A stretch of DNA of 63,426 nucleotides, counting the filler, from Chiloscyllium plagiosum (Eukaryota): the NCBI RefSeq assembly GCF_004010195.1. It is 3 parts of one record of this genome, joined end to end, with 100 filler letters (N's around TTAATTAATTAA, not from the genome) between each part and the next. Parts side by side here need not be neighbours in the genome. Positions count along the whole stretch, not along the records: positions 30,711 to 56,042 come from NC_057716.1; positions 56,143 to 63,426 come from NC_057716.1; 1 more part is not named here. The stretch is one strand, 5' to 3'. A model generated the notes under the pieces. It did not search any database. It saw only the letters and a list, made by a program, of their open reading frames with translations, and was not told the DNA's origin. Positions 50,395 to 63,199 of the stretch are shown here, piece by piece. The position numbers were made by a program, and so were the translations under genes. Numbering within the stretch: position 1 is the first letter of the stretch; the number at the start of each line of letters is the position of its first letter.

Positions 50395-51415
50395 AAGTGA
50401 GGACTGCAGATGCTGGAGGACTGAAAAGTGTGGTGCTGGAAAAGCACAGCCGCTCAGGCAGCATCTGAGGAACAGGAGAGTCGACATTTCGGACATAAGC
50501 CCATCATCAGGAATGTGGGGGGAGGGGTGGGGGGGGAGAGGGCTGAGAGATAAATAGGAGGGTGGGAAGGGGATGGGGTGAAGATAGCTGGGAAGGTAGG
50601 TGCAGGTGGGGCGTGATAGTGATAGGTCAGAGGAGAGGGTGGAGTGGATAGGTGGGAAGGAAGATGGACAGACAGGACAGTTCAGGAGGGCAGTGCCGAG
50701 TTGGGAGGGTTGGATCTGTGATAAGATGGGGGGAGGGGAGATGAGGAAACTGGTGAAGTCAACATTATTGCCGTGTGCCTGGAGGGTCCTAAGGCGGAAG
50801 ATGAGGGATTCTTCCTCCATTTGTTAGTGGCTAGAATTTGGCGATGGAGGCAGCCCAGGACTTGCATGACCCTGGGAGAGTGGGAGGGGTTGTTTGATGC
50901 GTGTCTCTCAGAGATGTTCTCTGAAACGTTCCACAAGTTGGTGTCCTATCTCCCAAACGTAGAGGAGACCACATCGAGACCATTCCCTCTGTGACTCCCT
51001 CATTAGGTCCATGCTCCCTAACAACCCACACTCCACTCCTGGCACCTTCCCTTGCCACCACAAGAGGTATAAAACCTGTACCCACACCTTCCCCACACCA
51101 TCCAAGGCTGAATTGGATCCTTCCAATTCCGGCAGAGATTTTTCTGGATGTCCCAGCACCTCATCTACTGTGTCCGTTGCTCTCAATGTGATCTCCTCCA
51201 TATTGGGGAGATAGGATGCCAACTAACACTACCACCCACCCACCGGCATCTATCACCTTCCCAGCTACCTTCCCTCCACTCTCCTATTTATCTCTCAGAT
51301 CCCCTCCCCCTCCCCTCCACATTCCAGGTGAAGTGCATATGCCTGAAACGTCCACTCTCCTGCTCCTTAGATGCTGCTTGACCTGCTGTGCTTTTCCAGC
51401 ATCACACTATTTGAC
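50395..51415. mobile_element. Penelope-like element with inverted halves (50395-50975 -, 50975-51415 +)
   Basis: GIY-YIG tail EEESLIFRLRTLQAHG on minus; PGTFPCHHKRYKTC and LIYCVRCSQCDLLHIGE on plus; hammerhead-like motifs at about 50481-50514 (-) and 51323-51353 (+). Confidence 0.8.
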
Positions 51416-52699
51416 CTTGATAAGGTGGGGGTGAGTTGTCTTGTTGAACCGCTGCAGTCCCAGTGCTAGAAAATGGCCTTAGGGAAGGAATTCCAGGATT
51501 CTGACCCAGCAACACTGAAGGAACGGCAATATATTTCCAAGTCAGGATGGTGAGGGGCTTGGAGGGGAACTTGCAGGGGGTGGTGTTCCCATGTACCTGC
51601 TGCCCTTGTCCTTCTCGATGGAAGTGGTTGTGGGTTTGGAAGGTGCTGTCTGAGGGTCTTTGGTGAGTTTCTGCAGAGCATCTTGTAGCTGGTACACACT
51701 GCTGCTACTGAGCGTGGGTGGTGAAGGGAGTGGGTGTTTGTGGGCGTGGTGCCAATCAAACGGACTGCTTTGTAGTGCCATGTTTGCGTCTGTTTGCTAA
51801 TCTTGGCTTTACAAATTTGGATTTGGAAACTGTTGTCAGAGAAGCCTTGGTGAGTTCCTGCTATGCATCCTACAGGTGTCACTGGGAAATGTTGGTGAAG
51901 GGAGTGAATGGTGAAGGTGGTGGGTAGGGTTCAAATCAACATCCTGATCAATCAGAACCAACCTGCCTGGATCAACATGTAAAGGAACCTGGCTGTTAAC
52001 GGTAACGCGATACTGACCAGGTCATCAGTTACTATGATATTGATTGGGGTAGACATAGGGAGAATCCCCTGGCTGTCTGCTGAAAGGGGGGGGGGGGTCA
52101 GAGAGTCTCAGTCAATCAAACACACCAGACAGGGGCTTGGTTTAACATCTCATCTGAATAATCATACCACTAACAACTCATCATTCACTTGTCCTGCCCT
52201 GGTGGATTAGCCTTGAATTCAGTGTAGGAGAATTGTGGCAGATTGAAACTAACAAAGTTAGGGTTCAGTGTTGAGAATAGAAGACACTCTGAGTGATGGG
52301 AACTACATTCATGTGTTCTCAGAATTAAAGAATTTGGCCCATTGAGTCTCATCCATCATTCAATCATGGCTGAAATGCTCCTCACCCCCATTTTCCCATT
52401 TCCTCCACCACCCACACTCAGTAACAACAGTGTGAACCATCTACAAGATGCACTGCAGAAATTCACCAAAGACCCTCAGACAGCACCTTCCAAACACATA
52501 ACCACTTCCATCTAGAAGGACAAGGGCAGCAGATACATGGGAACACCACCCCCTGCAAGTTTCCCCTCCAAGCCCCTCACCATCCTGACTTCACCCCATA
52601 ACCACTCATCCTATTAGCCTCAACCCATTACCAATTAAAAATCTGTCTCACTCCTCGTTAAATTTACTCATTGTCCCAGCATCCACCACACTGGAACTC

Positions 52700-54038
52700 C
52701 GTAGGCAAGTTGTTAGAGGAGATTCTGAGGGATAGGATTTACATGTGTTTGGAAAGACAAGGACTGATTAGGGATAGTCAGCATGGCTTTGTGCGTGGGA
52801 AATCAAAGCTCACTAACATAAATTGTTTGAAGAAATGATAAAGCGGATTGTTGAAGGCAGAGTGGTGGACGTGATCTATACAAACTTCAGTAAGGTGTTC
52901 GACAAGTTTCTGCATGGTCAACTGGTTAACAAGGTTAGATCACACGGAATACAGGAAGTATTAGCCAATTAGACCACAAGAACTAGTTCGTAGGTCAGAG
53001 ACACAGGGTAGTGGTGGAGGGTTGCGTTCTGGACTGGAGGCCTGTGACCAGTGATGTGCCACTAGGATCGGTGCTGGGTTCATTGTTTTTTGGCTTTTAT
53101 ATAAACGAGTTGGATGTGAATATAGGAGGCATGGTTAGTAGTTTTGCAGATGACACTGAAACTGGTGGTGTAGTGGGCAGCTAAAACGTGTACCTCAAAA
53201 TACAACAGGATCTTGATCAGATGGGACAGTGGGCCAAGGAGTGGCAACTGGAGTATAATTTAGATTAATGCGAGGTGCTACATTTTGGAAAGGCAAATCT
53301 GGGCAAGACTTAGATACACTTAATGGTAAGGTCCTGGGGAATGTTGCCAAACAAAGAGATCTTAGGTCCTTAAAAGTGGAGTCACAGAGAGATAGGATAG
53401 TGAAGAAGGCGTTTGGTATGCTTGCCTTTATTGGTCAGTGCAAAGAGTATAGGAGTTGGGAGGTCATGTTGCAGGACATTGGTTAGGCCACTTCTGGAAA
53501 ACTGTGTTCAGTTCTGGTCTCTCTGATATGGGAAAGATGTCATGAAACTTGAAAGGGTTCTGAAAATACTTACATGGATGTTGACAAGATAGGTGTTTTT
53601 GAACTATCGGGAGAAACTGAATAGGCTGGGCCTATTTTCCGTGGAACATTGGAGGCTGAGGGATGATCATATAAAAGTTTATAAAATCATGAGGGGCACA
53701 GCTAAGGTGAATACCCAAGGTCTTTTCCCCAGGATAGAGAGTACAAAACTAATGCACATAGGTTTAAGGTGAAAGGGGAAAGATTTAAAAGAGACCTTAG
53801 GGGCAACTTTTTCAACAGAGGGTGGTGCGTGTATGGAATGAGCTGCCAGAGGAAGTGTTGGAGGCTGGTACAGTTACAATGTTTGAAAGGTATCTGAATG
53901 GGTATGAGTAAGAAGCGTTTAGAGGGATTTGGGCCAAATGCTGGCAAATGGGACTAGATTAATTTAAGATATAAGGTCAGCATGGAACAGTTGGACCGAA
54001 GGGTCTGTTTCCATGCTGTACATCTCTATGGCTCTATA
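52700..54038 (+). mobile_element. CR1 RT to 3' end
   Basis: DSQHGFVRGKS, FADDT, WNELPEEV; ctctatggctcta tail. Confidence 0.88.
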
Positions 54039-54550
54039 ACGAGGGCATTCTTTGGCTCAACTCTCAGACAGGATCCTATCGCCCAGAACGTCCAGTCCAT
54101 ACAAGGCTCCCCAGCAGGTACCTCAGCCTCTACCTGACCAGCGTTACTTTCCTCACCCATTGTGAGACCCTACAATAGGGACCAGGGAGGGAGAAGCACT
54201 GACCCACTGGGCACAGGAGTGATAGGCAGTGAGGTGGGTGTGGGGGTGGGTGTTGAAATTAGTGGCAGGGGATACCCCATGATTATGTGGAGACAAGAAA
54301 CATTCTGAGCAAATTTGCACAGCAGGTTTTGAGATGACCGATGAGAAATGACTTTAACCATGGTTGTTTATCAACACCATGGCAACAATTACTTTGCAGC
54401 TCCAGGTGGGCCCAATAAATAAAGGCTTTTAAAACCTTGCTATTGATTTGTGGTGAATCATGAGATTCACAACCACCTTGATATCCAAAGATAAAATACT
54501 GCAGCTCAGCGAGAAAGTTTCTAACCTTCGTCAGAATGATTCAACAGGTT

Positions 54551-54905
54551 TCCCTCAGTACTGACCCTCCGACAGTGCAACATTCCCTCAGTACTGACTC
54601 TCCAACAGTGCAGCACACCCTCAGCACTGACCCTCCAACAGTGCGGCACTCCCTCAGTACTGACCCCTCAACTGTGCAGCACTCTGTCAGTACTGACCCT
54701 CCAATAGTGCGGCATTCTCTCAGTACTGACCCTCCAACAGTGGGACACTCCCTCAATACAGACCCTCCGACAGTGCAGCACTCCCTCAGCACTGACCCTC
54801 CAACAGTGCGGCACTCCCTCACTGCTGACCCTCCGACAGTGGGACACTCCCTCAATACAGACCCTCCGACAGTGCAGCACTCCTTCAGCACTGACCCTCC
54901 GACAG
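54551..54905 (-). repeat. 33-bp minisatellite, same family as 29966-30610, opposite orientation, about 10.5 units
   Basis: Unit CTCCCTCAGTACTGACCCTCCGACAGTGCAGCA. Confidence 0.95.
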
Positions 54906-55322
54906 AACAGCTCTTAGTGTGTCAGTCTGGACATTAATTCAAATCCATCAGAAACATTGTTTAAACCCATACTATCTGACTCTATGATGGTGCTCTCTCC
55001 TCTGTATTCCCTCCATGAGGGACCTGTATCCCAGGTTCAGAGGCAAGAGGATTTAATGCTCCTATAAAAAAATACATTATATATATTTACTGACAGTGAC
55101 TGTCAGTCACTGAGTGCAGAACTGTCCCCTCACTTGCCCCAGCCTTGTTCCTCCTCTTGTTCACTCTCCATGTTCACACTTCCCTCCTCATCTTCGCACA
55201 CCAAGCATCCTCTAACCCCACCATCTCTCCAAGTTTCACTCTGCGCTGACCGCTATTTAGCCCACTAACCTCACCCACGCACAACCCCCTTCCCAACTCC
55301 CGCCCAGTCACTGGGTACTCAC

Positions 55323-55473
55323 AGTCAATGCCATTCTGCCTGCAAGTCTGATCCTAGCCCATGCTGTGAGCACGTTTCCTCAGTGGGGAGCTGAATTTCT
55401 TCACTTGCTGTTTTTTTTCCAGCCTCTGCTGGGTTTGGATCCCAGAGACACACAGAAAATTCCTGAGTCCACT
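55323..55473 (-). other. Candidate exon (mostly 5' UTR, ending in ATG GCA TTG ACT)
   Basis: Acceptor ttcactctgtttctcaaag, donor ACT|GTGAGT, agaATGG Kozak context at 55334. A further GTGAGT donor follows 55765. Confidence 0.3.
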
Positions 55474-56042
55474 CTTTGAGAAACAGAGTGAACAAATTAC
55501 AACAACAACCAAGTCAACGTAAATACAAAAATATGCCGGGCGGCGCCAACCAATCAATAACAGGGAGCAGTGTTCTTGGCAAGCTCGAGGTAAGCATGCT
55601 GAGAGTCAAAGTTCACCCACTGTGCCTCAAGAATGTCACAGTTGGACCAACAATCTCCAAGTTGGTCAATCATTTACCGAGAGCAGCACCATGTCGCAGC
55701 CAGCACAAGCAGGCTGACACTCACCGGGCTAACATCACAACAACCTGACATCGAAATCACTCACCGAGTCTCCCCCACAGCCTGACCACACCTCACCTTC
55801 CTTAACAAACAATGCCTGAGGGAGGTGGGGAGGGGTGCGAATGGGAGAGTAACAGAGACAGGTAGGGGAATGGGGGTGTCAGGGAAGTGGGAACATGGGG
55901 ACGGAGTGGGGAATAGGTGGACTGGGGGAGGGAAAGAGGGGAAAGGTGGGTACGGACGATGGAATCGAGCATGGGGCAAGAGGGTGGGGAGTGGGGGTTG
56001 TGGGGAGGAAGCCAGGCTGTGTGTGGGGATGTTGATGGTTGG

Positions 56043-56142
56043 NNNNNNNNNNNNNNNNNNNNNNNNNNNNNNNNNNNNNNNNNNNNTTAATTAATTAANN
56101 NNNNNNNNNNNNNNNNNNNNNNNNNNNNNNNNNNNNNNNNNN
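56043..56142. other. Artificial scaffold linker N44-TTAATTAATTAA-N44
   Basis: Identical to 30611-30710. Confidence 0.9.
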
Positions 56143-57754
56143 CAGGTTGGTGTTGGATGTATACTCAGGTTGGTGTTAGATGTATATTCCGGTTGGTGAT
56201 GGATGTATATTCAGGTTGGTGATGGATGTATACTCAGGTTGGTGATGGATGTATATTCCGGTTGGTGATGGATGTATACTCAGGTTGGTCATGGATGTAT
56301 ACTCAGGTTGGTGTTGGATGTATACTCAGGTTGGTGTTGGATGTATATTCCAGTTGGTGATGGATGTATACTCAGGTTGGTGATGGATGTATACTCAGGT
56401 TGGTGTTGGATGTATACTCAGGTTGGTGTTAGATGTATACTCAGGTTGGTGTTAGATGTATATTCCGGTTGGAGATGGATGTATACTCAGGTTGGTGTTG
56501 GATGTATACTCAGGTTGGTGTTGGATGTATATTCCGGTTGGTGGCTGATGTATACTCAGGTTGGTGATGGATGTATACTCAGGTTGGTGTTGGATGTATA
56601 CTCAGGTTGGTGATGGATGCATATTCCGGTTGGTGATGGATGTATACTCAGGTTGGTGTTGGATGTATACTCAGGTTGGTGTTGGATGTATATTCCGGTT
56701 GGTGATTGATGTATACTCAGGTTGGTGATGGATGTTGGTGATTGATGTATACTCAGGTTGGTGATGGATGTATACTCAGGTTGGTGTTGGATGTACACTC
56801 AGGTTGGTGTTGGATGTATATTCCGGTTGGTGTTGGATGTGTACTCAGTTTGGTGTTGGATGTATACTCAGGTTGGTGTTAGATGTATATTCAGGTTGGT
56901 GATGGATGTATACTCAGGTTGGTGTTAGATGTCTATTCAGGTTGGTGTTGGATGTATACTCAGGTTGGTGATGGATGTATACTCAGGTTGGTGTTGGATG
57001 TATACTCAGGTTGGTGTTGGATGTATATTCAGGTTGGTGTCGGATGTATATTCAGGTTGGTGTTGGATGTATACTCAGGTTGGTGTTGAATGTATACTCA
57101 GGTTGGTGTTGAATGTATACTCAGGTTGGTGTTGGATGTATACTCAGGTTGGTGATTGATGTATACTCAGGTTGGTGATGGATGTATACTCAGGTTGGTG
57201 TTGGATGTACACACAGGTTGGTGATGGATGTATACTCAGGTTGGTGTTGGATGTATACTCAGGTTGGTGTTAGATGTATATTCCCGTTGGTGATGGATGT
57301 ATACTCAGGTTGGTGATGGATGTATACTCAGGTTGGTGTTGGATGTGTACTCAGGTTGGTGATCGATGTATACTCAGGTTGGTGATGGATGTATGCTCAG
57401 GTTGGTGTTGGATATATACTCAGGTTGGTGTTGGATGTATATTCAGGTTGGTGATGGATGTATACTCAGGTTGGTGTTGGATNNNNNNNNNNNNNNNNNN
57501 NNNNNNNNNNNNNNNNNNNNNNNNNNNNNNNNNNNNNNNNNNNNNNNNNNNNNNNNNNNNNNNNNNNNNNNNNNNNNNNNNNNNNNNNNNNNNNNNNNNN
57601 NNNNNNNNNNNNNGATGTATACTCAGGTTGGTGATCGATGTATACTCAGGTTGGTGATGGATGTATGCTCATGTTCGTGATGGATGTATACTCAGGTTGG
57701 TGATGGATGTATACTCAGGTTGGTGTTGGATGTATACTCAGGTTGGTGTTGGAT
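56143..57754. repeat. 23-bp minisatellite (CAGGTTGGTGWTGGATGTATACT), over 60 units, gapped
   Basis: Direct tandem periodicity. Confidence 0.95.
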
Positions 57755-58699
57755 AATGGGAAATAATGGCATGGAGCGAGAATCTTTCTTTCACAAAACC
57801 ATCTGATTTCATGTAACTTTCTCAACAGAAACCAAAAGCAGTCACAGACCCTTCAGCCCCTCTCGCCTGCTCCACCATTTGATCTGGTCTTGGCTCTACC
57901 TCAACACCATGCTTATGCTTTCTTCTGATATCCCTCGATGCCTTTAAAATCTAAAACAAACATCAGTCTCTTCCTTGAATTTGCTCAATGACTTGATTCC
58001 ACAGTATTCTATAGTAAGTTCACCAACCTCTGAGGGAAAAAAGAACAATAACCTACTCTGTATTCTGAGACTAACCTGCTGATCGTTCTCTTCCCAACCA
58101 GGGAACCCCTCCTCCCTACATCTACTGGGACCATCCTGCCATCCCTGATTTCAGTCCTTGTCGAAGAGAGTGATGCTGGAAAAGCACAGCAGGTCAGGCN
58201 NNNNNNNNNNNNNNNNNNNNNNNNNNNNNNNNNNNNNNNNNNNNNNNNNNNNNNNNNNNNNNNNNNNNNNNNNNNNNNNNNNNNNNNNNNNNNNNNNNNN
58301 NNNNNNNNNNNNNNNNNNNNNNNNNNNNNNNNNNNNNNNNNNNNNNNNNNNNNNNNNNNNNNNNNNNNNNNNNNNNNNNNNNNNNNNNNNNNNNNNNNNN
58401 NNNNNNNNNNNNNNNNNNNNNNNNNNNNNNNNNNNNNNNNNNNNNNNNNNNNNNNNNNNNNNNNNNNNNNNNNNNNNNNNNNNNNNNNNNNNNNNNNNNN
58501 NNNNNNNNNNNNNNNNNNNNNNNNNNNNNNNNNNNNNNNNNNNNNNNNNNNNNNNNNNNNNNNNNNNNNNNNNNNNNNNNNNNNNNNNNNNNNNNNNNNN
58601 NNNNNNNNNNNNNNNNNNNNNNNNNNNNNNNNNNNNNNNNNNNNNNNNNNNNNNNNNNNNNNNNNNNNNNNNNNNNNNNNNNNNNNNNNNNNNNNNNNN

Positions 58700-59460
58700 C
58701 TAACCCTCTCCCTAAGCCTAACCCTATCCCTACCCCTAACCCTCTCCCTAACCCTAACCCTNNNNNNNNNNNNNNNNNNNNNNNNNNNNNNNNNNNNNNN
58801 NNNNNNNNNNNNNNNNNNNNNNNNNNNNNNNNNNNNNNNNNNNNNNNNNNNNNNNNNNNNNNNNNNNNNNNNNNNNNNNNNNNNNNNNNNNNNNNNNNNN
58901 NNNNNNNNNNNNNNNNNNNNNNNNNNNNNNNNNNNNNNNNNNNNNNNNNNNNNNNNNNNNNNNNNNNNNNNNNNNNNNNNNNNNNNNNNNNNNNNNNNNN
59001 NNNNNNNNNNNNNNNNNNNNNNNNNNNNNNNNNNNNNNNNNNNNNNNNNNNNNNNNNNNNNNNNNNNNNNNNNNNNNNNNNNNNNNNNNNNNNNNNNNNN
59101 NNNNNNNNNNNNNNNNNNNNNNNNNNNNNNNNNNNNNNNNNNNNNNNNNNNNNNNNNNNNNNNNNNNNNNNNNNNNNNNNNATCCGACTTAACCCTAACA
59201 ACCCTAACCCTAACCCTAACCCTCTCCCTAACCCTAACCCTAACCCTCTCCCTAACCCTAACCCTAACCCTATCCCTATCCCTAACCCTATCCCTAACCC
59301 TCTCCCTAACCCTATACTTATTCGTAACTGTATCCCTATGCTTAAGCCTAACCCTATCCCTAACCTCACTATCTGTAATCATTCCCCTATTTTTATCCCT
59401 AAACTTATCCCGAACACTATCCCTGACTTGATCCTTGTCGCTAACCATAACCCTATCTTT
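58700..59460. repeat. Telomere-like (CCCTAA)n tract with CCCTAT/CCCTCT variants, decaying rightwards
   Basis: accctaaccctaaccctaaccctctcc... bordering N gaps. Confidence 0.85.
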
Positions 59461-61008
59461 TCCGAAGTTATCCCAAGCCCTCCCCCCCCATCCCTCACTC
59501 TCTCCTTATCCCTAACTCTATCCTCATTCCTATCCCAATCTCTAACCCTGTCCTTAATGTGCTCCTTATTCGTATCCTTGAACTCAACTCTATTCTAAAT
59601 GCTATGCCTATCTTTATCCTGATCTGAAATACCCCTATATGAGCCAGTAATCCGTTACCAGGTCACCCTTTATTTACCTGACACTGATCCAGCTCTCAGA
59701 GCTCCCACCTCAATACCTCAGAAAGATATTTTGCGTCAGCCCCAAGTGGATGAAAAAGGCAGGACTCTGTCCCTTGGGGCTGGTCTGAATTGTTTTGCTG
59801 ACAATTCCACACCCTCATGGTCACTTCTTTTTTTCACTGAGGCCAACTTTTTATGTTCAAATTCAGGAATTCAATGAAACTTTTCCAAATGGCAGAGTAA
59901 GATTTGAGCTGGTGTTGACTGGATTGTTAAACCAAGCTTGTATGTCTGAGTGAATATTTGTTCATTGGTTTGTTTTCATTCTTTCACTGGTTGCGGGTGT
60001 CACTGGAAGACCAGTATTTGTTGCCCATCCCGAACGTAATGAATGCCGTTGTGTGTATGCCTGGGCTTGCGTTGTGTGAATGTGGAGATTTGTGTCAATG
60101 TGTCTCTCTCTCTCTCTCGCTCTCTGTCTATGTGCAGATCTGGTTTGTGTTGGTGCGTGTTTATATGGAACTGTGTCCACTTTCCAACAGGCTATTTGTC
60201 ACCTCCCACACTATTGGTAACTGGGTGTGCCTGTCTGTTTGTGTGTGTTCCTGTCTGTGTGTATGCCTATCTGTGTGTATGCCTGTTTGTGTGTGTGCCT
60301 GTCTGTGTGTATGCCTGTCTGTGTTGGTCGGGTTTCTATTATGCCATTAGATTGATGGTGTTTAAAAGGGTTCCTGTCTCTGTTGTCTGTGCGTGTGCCT
60401 GTGTTTGTATTGGTCTCTGCTTGTGTTTGTGGGGCTCTAGTCTATCTGTCTGTCTGCGTTTCTGGGGTTCCTGTCTGTCCGCCTATCTGTCTGTGTTGTT
60501 GGGAGTTCCTGTCTATCTGTCTGTTTGTGTTTCTGGGGGGGGGGGGGTTCCTGTTTGCCTGCCTGTCTGTATTTTTGGGGGTCCTGTCTATCTGTCTGCC
60601 TGTGTTTCTGGAGGTTGCTGTCTATCTGTCTGCCTGTGTTTACAGGGTTTCCTGTCTATCTGTCTGTGTGACAGTGTTAGCTCAATGTGATGTCTTTCTG
60701 GTCTCTAGCCCCTCTCCTCGTTCGCTGACACCTGGGACATTGAGGTGATGGTTGTGCAGATACAGGGCTCAGTGAGTGCCCTCTGCCCAGGGAGCTGTGA
60801 TCGAACCTGGTGAATTAGTCAGTCGCAATGGGAAGAGTTAAAGCAGAGAATGGGACTGGTTGACCCAGAGGAGGTAATCTGTCATCCAATTAACGGCCGT
60901 CTGCTTCCCGTTTGCTGGTTTGTAAAGTAGAGAAGTGTTTTTTAAACTGATCCCCCACGACCTGTGAGGAATGTGCAGCTATCTCATGTTACAGAACAGA
61001 GTCAGACA

Positions 61009-61544
61009 GGACTCCATGTGAACACGCGTGGACTCCATGTGAACACATGTGAACTCCATGGGAACATGCATGGCTCCATGTGAACACATGTGAACTCCAT
61101 GGGAACATGCATGGACTCCCTGTGAACACGCGTGGACTCCATGTGAACACGTGTGAACTCCATGGGAACATGCATGGACTCCATGTGAACACGCGTGGAC
61201 TCCATGTGAACACACATGGACTCCATGTGAACACATGTGAACTCCATGGGAACATGCATGGACTCCATGTGAACATGCATGGACTCCATGTGAACACGCG
61301 TGGACTCCATGTGAACACATGTGAACTCCATGGGAACATGCATAGACTCCATGTGAACACGCATAGACTCCATGTGAACACGCATGGACTCCATGTGAAC
61401 ACGCATGGACTCCATGTGAACACGTGTGAACTCCATGTGAACACATGTGAACTCCATGGGAACACGCATGGACTCCATGTGAACACGCATAGACTCCATG
61501 TGAACATGTGTGAACTCCATGTGAACACGCATGGACTCCATGTG
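61009..61544. repeat. 21-bp minisatellite (GGACTCCATGTGAACACGCRT), about 25 units
   Basis: Direct periodicity; 7-aa repeats in several frames. Confidence 0.95.
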
Positions 61545-61717
61545 CAGATATGTGGCTGAAAGGTAGGTGCAGGCATTAAAGAGGGGTTCAGGATTCCATA
61601 GTTGGATCAGGAGCTTGTGGATGTGTCTCAGGGTCTGGTGCCTGGGAAGTTGTGATGTTTTCCTTGTGTTTCTCATGCACGTGTTTGCCGCCTGTGATCC
61701 GCAAGTGTCTCCCTGAT

Positions 61718-62590
61718 GGATAGAGTGATACAGTGTAGAAACAGGCCCTTCAGCCCACTGTGTCAATGCCGATCCACTAACACTAATCCCATTTCCCTGC
61801 CCCTGGTCCACAGCTGACGGTGCCCTGGTGTTTTAAGAGCTCATCCAGATGGGTCTGCAATGTTGGGAGAGTCCCTGCCCCCATCACCCTCTCAGGCAGC
61901 ACCTTCCATATTTCTACCATCCTCTGGGTGAGAAAGTGTTTCCTCAGATCCTCTCTAAATCACTCACTCTTCACCTGAGCCCCTCTGGGCTCAGACATGT
62001 CTGTGTGGGGAAAAGAACCTCATGATCTACCCTGTCTGTGCCTCTCAGAGTTGTGTGTCTCTCAGTCAGATTCCCCCCTCAGCCTCCTCTGTTCCAGGGA
62101 AAACAAACCAATCCAGTCTCTCCTCATGATGGAGACTTTCCATCCCAGGCGACATCTCTGGACCCCCTCCAACACAATCACATCCTTCAGGTAGGGTGGG
62201 GACCAGGACGGCACACAGTTCTCCAGTTGTGGCCCAGCCAATGTTTTAGAAAGTTGCAATGAAACTTCTTTGCTCCTTTATTCTATGGCCTAGCTAATGA
62301 AGACAAACATCCCATATTCCTTCCTCCCCACCCTGTCTACCTGTGCTGATACCTTCATGGATCTGTGGACTTGTTCACCAAGGTCAATATTCCCTAGGGA
62401 TTACCATTCATTGTGTATCTCCTTCCCTCATTAGACCTCCCATCACCTTGCACGTTTCAATATTAACTTCCATCTTCTATTGCTGAGCCCAATGTACCAG
62501 ATGATCCATATCAGACCGTAAATCTAGCTGCAGAATCTCAATACTCCACATTATCAACTACACCACCACGTTTTGTGTCATCTGCAATCT
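61718..62590 (-). mobile_element. Old CR1 3' portion
   Basis: LQLSKTLAGPQLENCVPSWSP, LFSLEQRRLRG; ttgcagatgacacaaa (ADDTK) on minus. Confidence 0.75.
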
Positions 62591-63199
62591 TACAGCATTC
62601 CCCCTCATTGTCCCCTCACCCCCCATAGTTCAGCGTCCCTCAGGTTGTGTAGCCCGTTGTGGTGTTCCTCTCTTTCTTGGGGAGCAGGGTCACAGATCAA
62701 TGTAAAGGAAAAGCTAGGCATTGGGCTGTTATCTCTCGCCTGGGTCCAGTCTCAGAACCCACTCTACTTCAGGGGTGTTTGCTTGTGGGCTGCATCTATG
62801 TAAGAACAGCCAGTCCTCTGGGCTGACACACTCCCACATTGGAAAACCAGAGAGGAATTTATAATTATTCAATTTCAACGTGGGAACCTCGTTTAAAAAC
62901 AGTCAGCCAGAACACACCACCCTGAGAGATGTAGCCACAATGATACTGGCTGCAGTCTTTCGGTTACTCAACACAATAATATTTATTAAATCCCAGGCTA
63001 TTTTTATGCTCCTTTAACTGAAGCTGCCGCCAGAGTCAGACGAGGACCTTGACCTGAACACATTGCAGCTTCTTGCTCTGTTCTGCAGTTTGATTTCCTC
63101 CCACATTTACATCACCCCCCCCCACTGACACAACCAAAGCCCTCTGAACAGAATGTTCACCCTGAGACCATCTTCCAGCCTTTCAACAGAACAGTGCAA

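Noticed and set aside
56143..57754. CRISPR-like regular repeat appearance (also 29966-30610 and 61009-61544)
   Set aside because: Units are head-to-tail with no unique spacers, there are no cas genes, and the context is vertebrate.
58009..59448. 479-aa and 391-aa ORFs, and other X-filled ORFs in the track
   Set aside because: They run through N gaps and telomeric repeats.
60979..61811. His/Cys-rich ORFs (CSHGVHA)n suggesting a metal-binding protein
   Set aside because: By-product of the 21-bp repeat; several frames on both strands are equally open.
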